From positions 1-32,262 of the IMG/VR virus record IMGVR_UViG_3300043443_000090: DNA of 32,262 nucleotides, one strand, 5' to 3'. Position numbers and translations under genes: made by a program. Shown in pieces: positions 16,313 through 23,088 of the stretch (the stretch's first letter is position 1; every line of letters starts with the position of its first letter). The notes under the pieces are model-generated. The model was not told the origin of the DNA and searched no databases. It was given only the letters and a program-made list of their open reading frames with translations. Source of the stretch: a virus. Taxonomy: Duplodnaviria; Caudoviricetes.

Positions 16313-18212
16313 CAAAGAACCCCTTGGTGGTCAAGGCCACCAGAAGATCAGTAACCAGTTCATCTTCCTGCTGCAACTGTACCAGAGTGGGAAGATCTTT
16401 TTCAGGGCGGTAAGGCTCGAACTTGACACCGTGTCGGCGGGGTCGGCGGGCCGATACCACAGGAGCTGCGACCACGATCGCATCGGCGGCAAACGCAATG
16501 CCATCCAACGTGAACGCCATGGTCCCGGTGATTGCACCGGGCGAGGAAACTGTAGCGCTGGCGTTGACTGCGATCGTGTCGAGGGTCGCAGCAAGTGTAG
16601 CCGGGTGTCCCAGCGTAGCCGAGGAGGCTACCGTTACCCCGTCGAGGGTCGCAGCAAGTGTAGCCGGGTGTCCCAGCGTAGCCGAGGAGGCTACGGTAAT
16701 CCCATCCAACGTAACCGCCATCGTGGCGGTAAGACTTCCCCCGATGCTGGCGCTGGCAGCAAAGGTGATGCCGTCAAGGGTTACGGCAAGTGTGGCTGGA
16801 TGCCCCAGCGTTGCCGAGGAGGCGACGGCGACATCGTCAAGGGTGAACGCCATCGTGGCGGTCTTGCCCCCAGCGGTGACCGTTCCAGAGGCCGCGACCG
16901 TTACCGAGTCCAGCGTAAACGCAACGGTTGCTTCAAGCCTGTTCGCGGTATCGAATACAACGGGGTCAAATACCGCAATGTCAAATACCGGCAGCGTTAT
17001 CGAAGGCGCGATCGGGTTTACGGTTACGGTGGCTGCATTGGAGTAGACCGCGCCAGAGCCGGCATCGGTGACCAATACGAGGTACTGCCAACCGCTATCG
17101 GCAGTTGTCAGTGTGCCAGTCGTGTAGCTGCTAGAAGTGGCCCCAGAAAGAGTCGAGAACCCGCTTCCTGGGGTTTGCTGTCTGTACCACTGGTACGCAA
17201 GAGGTGCGCTTGTAGTGACGGCAGTAACGCTGAACGTCGCAGTGCTGCCGGTAGATATCGACTGATTCGCGGGCTGAACAGTGATCCCAGGCGACGGGAC
17301 AGTCAGCAGCGCTGAGCTAGACGTCGTCGTACCAACGCTGTTGGTTACCTGTACGCGGTACAGGTTGCCATTTTCAGTGAAGGTTACGGACGTTCTGTTG
17401 TATGTGCTGTTGGTGTAGGTGCCCGGCGCTTTGTCCCATGTCGAGCCACTGTTTACCGACTCCTCCCACTGGTACGTCATCGCACCAATGTTTGAGGTCG
17501 CCGAAACAGTAAACGTCGCCGTGGTGCCGTATGGCGCAACTACGTCGACAGGCTGCGCATCAATAACCGGAGCAGTGGCGATCTTGTATGTCGCCAGAGC
17601 AAGACGACTATTGATCGAATTGGTCGCCGTCCAAAGAGCGTTGGCAAGGGTAATGCTGGATACGGTTTGGTACGCCGCAGCCGACCAATAGTAGGTATTG
17701 GCGATGTCGTCAAACGACGTCGTATACCCAGAAGGGAACGTAGTAGTGCCGGGATCCGAGCTAAAGATGACCGTTGCGTAAACAAGCTCGTCAGCTTGAG
17801 TAGTAAAATCCGTGGCGTTGACGGAGCATAGCGTAGTTCCGGTAGGGGCAGCATTCCCGGTCGTATCAAGCGGCGTAGTGGCAAACCCTGACCACTCGTC
17901 AATTGACAGCGAGATTGAGAACGTATCTGCAGCAGGCAGATTGACGGTAACAGCCGTCTGACCGGAATTTACTACCCGAGCCCGGAATATATAGACAGCG
18001 CGGAACGTGTCCGTTTCGCGGGAGGAGTCTTTGGTGGCAGTGGTTCCGGCAATCGTGACCGACGAGATCAGGTTGTTAGCCTGCATCGCAATCGAGACGA
18101 TTACATCATTGCCTACCGTGAACGCAGAGGCGGCGTTGAATGTGATCGAGGATACGGGTGTACTTTGGTTTGCGCCAAGTAGCCCGGATCCTTGAACCAG
18201 TGTGGCTGCCAT
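16299..18212 (-). CDS. Ig-domain and beta-repeat fibre/decoration protein (637 aa)
   Basis: Ser/Thr-rich N-terminal domain; two Ig-like domains (PVIDAQP...TATFTVSA...TYQW...YRVQVTN and ITVQP...TATFSVTA...YQWY...YLVLVTD); FDIAVFDPVVFD motif; seven ~21-24-aa TLD repeats; C-terminal RRPRR...EDELVTDLLVAL. Confidence 0.75.
   Translation of the reverse strand: MAATLVQGSGLLGANQSTPVSSITFNAASAFTVGNDVIVSIAMQANNLISSVTIAGTTATKDSSRETDTFRAVYIFRARVVNSGQTAVTVNLPAADTFSISLSIDEWSGFATTPLDTTGNAAPTGTTLCSVNATDFTTQADELVYATVIFSSDPGTTTFPSGYTTSFDDIANTYYWSAAAYQTVSSITLANALWTATNSINSRLALATYKIATAPVIDAQPVDVVAPYGTTATFTVSATSNIGAMTYQWEESVNSGSTWDKAPGTYTNSTYNRTSVTFTENGNLYRVQVTNSVGTTTSSSALLTVPSPGITVQPANQSISTGSTATFSVTAVTTSAPLAYQWYRQQTPGSGFSTLSGATSSSYTTGTLTTADSGWQYLVLVTDAGSGAVYSNAATVTVNPIAPSITLPVFDIAVFDPVVFDTANRLEATVAFTLDSVTVAASGTVTAGGKTATMAFTLDDVAVASSATLGHPATLAVTLDGITFAASASIGGSLTATMAVTLDGITVASSATLGHPATLAATLDGVTVASSATLGHPATLAATLDTIAVNASATVSSPGAITGTMAFTLDGIAFAADAIVVAAPVVSARRPRRHGVKFEPYRPEKDLPTLVQLQQEDELVTDLLVALTTKGFFDGYR
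16578..16694. repeat. Tandem direct repeat, 63-bp period, 54 bp identical
   Basis: gtcgagggtcgcagcaagtgtagccgggtgtcccagcgtagccgaggaggctac at 16578-16631 and 16641-16694. Degenerate copies extend over ~16470-16935. Confidence 0.9.
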
Positions 18213-18223
18213 CTAGGGCACCT

Positions 18224-18568
18224 TTACGCGCGGATTTCGGCAGCGCGCCCCGGCGCGATCAATCCTTCTAGCTCAAAGTACGCCAGCGCGTCGATGACTT
18301 CCTGATTGTCGAGATCAATTTCTTCTGCAGCGTTAAAATCATTGCGCATGACAATAACGTTCACATCAGTAGACGTGTCGATACCAGTGCGCTCAGAGAA
18401 AGTGAACCGAATACGGAACTGATACTTGGTGATGATCCGCGGGGTCGGCAGCGGATCAAGATAGTTTGGATCAGCAGTGACCGCTTCAATTGTCCAGCCG
18501 CTGGGGACGGGGTCGTTGACCGGCAGCAACTGATAGTTGCCGTTGCCGTCAGAGAGTACGTTCCACAT
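18224..18568 (-). CDS. Putative fibre assembly chaperone (114 aa)
   Basis: ITKYQFRIRFT..ER..I...IDLD...GLI..GRAAEI resembles small proteins found next to phage fibre genes. Directly follows the fibre-like gene. Confidence 0.55.
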   Translation of the reverse strand: MWNVLSDGNGNYQLLPVNDPVPSGWTIEAVTADPNYLDPLPTPRIITKYQFRIRFTFSERTGIDTSTDVNVIVMRNDFNAAEEIDLDNQEVIDALAYFELEGLIAPGRAAEIRA

Positions 18569-18570
18569 GG

Positions 18571-19563
18571 TTAGATGTCCGTCTCAAGATAGAACTTGTT
18601 GAGGGCCAGAATCTTCGCCGTCGTGCCAGTGGTCGACCTGATATGAAACTTTGCCGCCAGAGCGCCAGTCGGCTGCGTGGCAGTGACGACTACGTTGTTG
18701 ACGTAGACAGTGCCTGTGATGGCATCCTTCAGCAGGTAAGTGACGCTGGTGCCACTGGGCGGCATGAATGCGGTGAAGTCCAGAATCTGCCCGGCTGTCG
18801 GTGTGACACCAGTCGCCGTCTTGGTTGTCGTGGTGCCGTTGCGGGTCATGATCTGCCAAGTAGTGTCGGCAGTGTCTTTGCCAATGCCGCAGAGACTGCC
18901 CGTCCACGTTGACGGATCCGTCGTCTGTGCAGCCACTGCCGATGTCAGACCCAAGAACATCTGTATTGATGACAGGTAGGTATCGACCGCGAACCGCATG
19001 TACATGAAGAACCCGGTTTCCGGCAAGGAAGCCACAGAGTTCGCGGTTGCGATTGTTGCGTTACCGAGCCCAGAAAAAATGGACGACGACGATGTTGCGT
19101 TGGTTCCAGTAGACAGGAGCGTTCGCCGCATCCTCGTGTATGCAGACGTGGTCGTGATCGCTGGGTTAGTTATACCAAGGGTTGCTGTTGCGGTGCCGCC
19201 GTTTAGGCTTACCCATGACGTACCAACATTTCCGACCACTAGAGAAGTCGTGTTCATCACGGTTGCCGTGACGCTATTGACTTGCTGGCCGCCACCGGGC
19301 GTGTACATGGTGATGGTGTTGCCGAAGAACGCCGGCTGGATGCCGACGTCGACGCCCGTAGGCCCAATCATGTTCAGCATGCGTCGACCAGCGCGACTCT
19401 TTGAGTACAAGCGCAAGTCAGCCGCAGGCGCTGCGGGATCAGTGGCCTGAACAGGAAAGTCCAGATACTGATCCAACGTGTGATCGTCATTCCACCGCGT
19501 TACGGATACTTGTTTCGTGGGGTCATTAGACCCCGTTGCTGTATATCCGTGCTTGATCGGCAT
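18571..19563 (-). CDS. Putative fibre/receptor-binding protein (330 aa)
   Basis: N-terminal IKH...D...V...WN..H motif; LRLYSKSRAGRRML...GP.G.D...QP; Thr-rich beta-sandwich-like C-terminus ending YLETDI. Confidence 0.6.
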   Translation of the reverse strand: MPIKHGYTATGSNDPTKQVSVTRWNDDHTLDQYLDFPVQATDPAAPAADLRLYSKSRAGRRMLNMIGPTGVDVGIQPAFFGNTITMYTPGGGQQVNSVTATVMNTTSLVVGNVGTSWVSLNGGTATATLGITNPAITTTSAYTRMRRTLLSTGTNATSSSSIFSGLGNATIATANSVASLPETGFFMYMRFAVDTYLSSIQMFLGLTSAVAAQTTDPSTWTGSLCGIGKDTADTTWQIMTRNGTTTTKTATGVTPTAGQILDFTAFMPPSGTSVTYLLKDAITGTVYVNNVVVTATQPTGALAAKFHIRSTTGTTAKILALNKFYLETDI

Positions 19564-19940
19564 TACGCATTACCTTCGGTAATCGTCGCCGACGTGATCG
19601 TGACCGTGTCGCTGATGGCGATCGTGGTGTTGGTGATGTTGATGTTGCTGCCAGACGTACCGACAGTCAGACCTTCCATCACCAGCGTGGAACCGTCGGA
19701 CTTGTAGATCCGGGCGATTGCCGCCGTACCCGCTGCGCTGGCTGTGCCTGCCGAGATGGCGTTGAGGGTAAGCACACCGCTCGATGCCGCAGCAGCGAAA
19801 GCCGAGGCATTGCAAATGCACTCAACCAACTGCGAAGCATAAGCTGCCGTGTAAATACGCAGCTTGGCACTGGTGCCAGCGAACGTCGTGATCTGGTCGG
19901 CGCGGTTGTTGCGCAGCGTTACGTTGAGTGCGATAGCCAT
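19563..19940 (-). CDS. Small beta-rich virion structural protein (125 aa)
   Basis: LRN..AD.I......KLRIY...F..A.SG.L......A...GTA..ARI...G.VGTSG....I....V.ITS.TITEGNA pattern, typical of small phage fibre or decoration subunits. Confidence 0.65.
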   Translation of the reverse strand: MAIALNVTLRNNRADQITTFAGTSAKLRIYTAAYASQLVECICNASAFAAAASSGVLTLNAISAGTASAAGTAAIARIYKSDGSTLVMEGLTVGTSGSNINITNTTIAISDTVTITSATITEGNA

Positions 19941-19942
19941 TA

Positions 19943-20299
19943 TTAAGCCTCAGAAGTTGCGTTGATGCGCTTGATTGTACCGTTGGGATTGCGCTCGAAC
20001 TCAAACGTCCACTTGGTAGGCGCTTGGGTTTTGGCCGGTGCAGCAACGGTTACCTGCGGTGTCGGCATGGTCGGAAGCTTGACTTCAACCGGACGATTGA
20101 TTGCAGCAAGTATCTGCTGCATAAGCTCGGGGGTCAACTCCTGCCGAGGGGCAGGAGCAGGCATGGGGGCAGGCTCGGGTTCAGGCTTGCTGCCCCGCAT
20201 CAGACGCTTGCCTTGGATACCAGCCGTGTTGAACTTGCGGCCGTCCGTGTACGCCACGGTAGACCCAGTCTCCAGAGCCAGCTCATCAAGATCGTACAT
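19943..20299 (-). CDS. Hypothetical protein (118 aa), Pro-rich linker, C-terminal WTFEFERNPNGTIKRI hairpin
   Basis: GGAG RBS. Tightly coupled to flanking genes (2-nt gaps). Confidence 0.7.
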   Translation of the reverse strand: MYDLDELALETGSTVAYTDGRKFNTAGIQGKRLMRGSKPEPEPAPMPAPAPRQELTPELMQQILAAINRPVEVKLPTMPTPQVTVAAPAKTQAPTKWTFEFERNPNGTIKRINATSEA

Positions 20300-20301
20300 G
20301 C

Positions 20302-23085
20302 TCAGGCTCCCTTGACGCAGTTCAACAGTTGCTCGAAGCGCTTGATCTTATCCTCGATTGTAGCAAGGAACTTCTTGCCATCAGGGTTTTCGAGGGTACT
20401 GCCGTCAGCAAGCGTGATGCTGATTGGTACAGGCGCTACTTCATCCGGAACAGCCCCGGCTTGTCCTTCTTCCTTGGGGACGGCCTTGCCTTTTCGGGTA
20501 AGCGTTTTCCGGGTGGGTACTTTTGCTCCCACTCCTGCGCCAGTTTCGGCAGGTTCGCGTGGAGGTACCGACGCTGCTTCTCGCTTTTGAACGGCATCTG
20601 CCTGCTCCTGTTCCGCCTTCGCCTTGGCAGCCAAGGCTTCGGCTGCCTGCTTCTCGGCTTCCTTGCGCGCCTGCTCAGCTTCCTTGAGCGCGACCTCAGC
20701 TTCCTTGCGAGCCTTGTCGGCTTCCTCAGCTTCCTTGCGGGCCTTCTTGAGCAGCTTGTCCGCGTTCTTGCGGGTCTGCGCAGCCGTGGCAGGCGGTGCC
20801 TGCTGACCTCCCGTCTCAGCAACTGGGGTGACAGGACCACGGCGCAAGGCCGCACCCTTGAGCGCAGCAACCGAAGGCTCACCAGCCTGCGTGAACATCG
20901 GCAACTGACCAGCCTGCTGGAACTCACCGGGCGTAGGCCGCTTGAGGGCTTGAGCCTTGGCGGTAACAGGCGGCTCCATGCCACGGCGCAGGCGCTCTGA
21001 TCCTGACGGACGAGGCAGCCCACGCGGACCGAACAGCGGTAACTGCTGCGGCACCTGCTCGGTAGGAACCTGCTGACGGACTTGCCTTACACCACGGCGC
21101 AGACTCTCGCCTGCCAGTTGCTGGTCACGTTGTACCAGAGCGCGTTCGTAGTCGGCATCAAGCTGGGCCTGCCGCTGTTGCATGGCAGCATCGAACTCTG
21201 CCTGACGCTGCGGAGAAAGCTGCGCTCGCTGGACCTGCTGCCCGAACTCTGTCGAGGGGGTAACGACCGGTGCTTCAGGGGCAGGCGGCGCAAACTGGAA
21301 CGGCATCTGCCCGGGCGGAACTTCCGGTGGGAGCTGCGGCAAGCCAGTGGTCGCATACTGCTCGGGCTGCATCCGCTGCGCAGTCTCGGCCTGCGACATG
21401 GGGAACAACGGAAGTACGCCCTGCTGTCCGGGCTGCAACTGGGCAGCCCCCGGTTGATCGAACGGAAGACCCAACTGCTCTGGCGCAGGACCAAACTCAG
21501 GTGCAACGGCTGGCGCAACACCGGGCATCGGTCCGGGCAACTGCGCTCCGAACAACTCACCCTGTGCTCCAGTGAACGCAGGCGCTGGCGGGCGAGGCGG
21601 GCGACGAGTTCTCTCCCGTGTTGGGAGAACTTGTTCTGCGGTAAGCGGCTCCGAGGAAGCAGCAGGGTTGAGCAGGTTGGCAGGCTTGTTACCGGAGAGA
21701 TTGGCGACAGCACCGATGGGGCCACCGACACCAAAGCCAGCGGCGAACGAGTTGACCAGTCGGTTGATACCTTCCGCCGAGTTCCAGTCAACGTCCTCAT
21801 TGGCAGCGAGGAGCAGCCCCTCCTGCGCAGCTTCTGTACCGCCCTCGAGCGCACCGCCCTTGAACAATCCAGCGCCCGCACGCTTGGCACCTTCGGTCAG
21901 CTTTCCACGGATACCGGGGACTTGCAGCAGCGGAGCTTTGGCTGCACCGATATTCCCGAATACCTTACCGGCCAACAGGAACTCGGGCAGCGTCTCAAAC
22001 GCAGCGTACGGAATGCCGAGCATCGCAGCGGTGGCGCGGTCAGGATCACCCGACTCAACGGTCTCGCCGTAGATATCCGCCACACCGGTAGCGTAGTTCT
22101 GCAAGCCAGTGGCGATACCAGCGCCACCGATACGAGCCTGCTGTGCCCCAAGCTTCAGAGCATCGCCAGCGCCTGCGTAGGCAGCAAACTGGTCAGCATT
22201 CATCAGCCCCTGAGGACTGGCGTACAGTCGACCCTGTTTGATCTGGGCAGCGGCGGTAGTACCGGCCATCTCATGCAGCAGCTTGGTCTCTGCGGCGTCG
22301 AGGACTTCACCCTTCTGGTACTTCTTGGCAGCGGCAAGCACAGCCTGCTTGACCGACTGACGACCCGCGAGGGCGGCCAGAGCGCCACCAGCGGCGGAGA
22401 ACGGGTTCGGGCCACCACCAGCGGCAGCACCAGCGCCAGCGCCAAGGGCGGCAGTTACCACCGACTCGACGATGTTGGGGCCTTGCTGCGCAAGGTTGGC
22501 TACGAACCAGTCGAGGACGCCACGGTTGGGCTGGCCGATGTCGGTCGCCATCCGCTCGTACGGGGAGGTCTTGCGAAGATCCTCCATCTGCTGGGCGACA
22601 ATGCCGCCACCCATTTCCTCGGCACCAGCGAACTGCAGCCCACGACCAGCCAGAAGCTGGGTCATGTCAACGCCACGTCCGAAGTTCTTGGACGCAAGCC
22701 GGCCAAGGCTGGGGTTGCGGATGGCCTGCAAGTACTGCCCGTACGCCTGCGCGTCGAGCGGGACCCAGTCACCCTGCGGCAAGCCGGTGCCCGGAGCGTC
22801 CAACAGCGGCTCGACCTCAAGCGCACGCTGCGCGTCATCGGCAGAGAACGTCTGACCTTGTACGTACAACTCGTTGCGCGAGGGGCTGAACGCGATCGAC
22901 GCCGGCATGACCGGCTTGGGGAACGAGAAGTCAGACGCCCCCGCCAGCCTCTCACCCATGGTAGCCATGTCGGTCAGCGACGACTCAAGCCCCTGCAAAC
23001 CAGCCGGCCGGTACGAGGCGTAGGGATTGGGGTCCTCGCCTGCAGTTATCCCCGGTCGCATTACACCAAACGGATCAATGGCCAT
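20302..23085 (-). CDS. Large internal virion/ejection protein (927 aa)
   Basis: Gly/Ala-rich hydrophobic segments with G..EGGTEAAQE, a Pro/Gln-rich disordered region, an EAE/K coiled-coil repeat, and C-terminal ...LLNCVKGA. Follows the lytic transglycosylase gene. Confidence 0.7.
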   Translation of the reverse strand: MAIDPFGVMRPGITAGEDPNPYASYRPAGLQGLESSLTDMATMGERLAGASDFSFPKPVMPASIAFSPSRNELYVQGQTFSADDAQRALEVEPLLDAPGTGLPQGDWVPLDAQAYGQYLQAIRNPSLGRLASKNFGRGVDMTQLLAGRGLQFAGAEEMGGGIVAQQMEDLRKTSPYERMATDIGQPNRGVLDWFVANLAQQGPNIVESVVTAALGAGAGAAAGGGPNPFSAAGGALAALAGRQSVKQAVLAAAKKYQKGEVLDAAETKLLHEMAGTTAAAQIKQGRLYASPQGLMNADQFAAYAGAGDALKLGAQQARIGGAGIATGLQNYATGVADIYGETVESGDPDRATAAMLGIPYAAFETLPEFLLAGKVFGNIGAAKAPLLQVPGIRGKLTEGAKRAGAGLFKGGALEGGTEAAQEGLLLAANEDVDWNSAEGINRLVNSFAAGFGVGGPIGAVANLSGNKPANLLNPAASSEPLTAEQVLPTRERTRRPPRPPAPAFTGAQGELFGAQLPGPMPGVAPAVAPEFGPAPEQLGLPFDQPGAAQLQPGQQGVLPLFPMSQAETAQRMQPEQYATTGLPQLPPEVPPGQMPFQFAPPAPEAPVVTPSTEFGQQVQRAQLSPQRQAEFDAAMQQRQAQLDADYERALVQRDQQLAGESLRRGVRQVRQQVPTEQVPQQLPLFGPRGLPRPSGSERLRRGMEPPVTAKAQALKRPTPGEFQQAGQLPMFTQAGEPSVAALKGAALRRGPVTPVAETGGQQAPPATAAQTRKNADKLLKKARKEAEEADKARKEAEVALKEAEQARKEAEKQAAEALAAKAKAEQEQADAVQKREAASVPPREPAETGAGVGAKVPTRKTLTRKGKAVPKEEGQAGAVPDEVAPVPISITLADGSTLENPDGKKFLATIEDKIKRFEQLLNCVKGA
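20436..20597 (-). CDS. Overprinted small basic protein (53 aa) nested out of frame in the 927-aa gene
   Basis: AGGAG (20609-20605), 7-nt spacer, ATG 20597. Reads MPFKSEKQRRYLHANLPKLAQEWEQKYPPGKRLPEKARPSPRKKDKPGLFRMK*. Confidence 0.65.
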   Translation of the reverse strand: MPFKSEKQRRYLHANLPKLAQEWEQKYPPGKRLPEKARPSPRKKDKPGLFRMK

Positions 23086-23088
23086 GTA

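Noticed and set aside
16470-16935. Possible CRISPR array or DGR template/variable repeat pair
   Set aside because: The repeats are in-frame coding units without unique spacers. There is no adenine-specific mismatch pattern and no reverse transcriptase in the window.
16194-17315. 373-aa Arg/Gly-rich + strand ORF with repeats
   Set aside because: Its repeats are the reverse complement of the TLD repeats in the 637-aa gene.
20600-20760. 21-nt-period imperfect repeats
   Set aside because: They encode the ARKEAE heptad coiled coil, with no sign of a DNA-level function.
20598-21023. Upstream extension of the overprinted ORF to 195 aa
   Set aside because: Only ATG 20597 has a clear RBS, and the upstream part reads as Arg-rich off-frame sequence.
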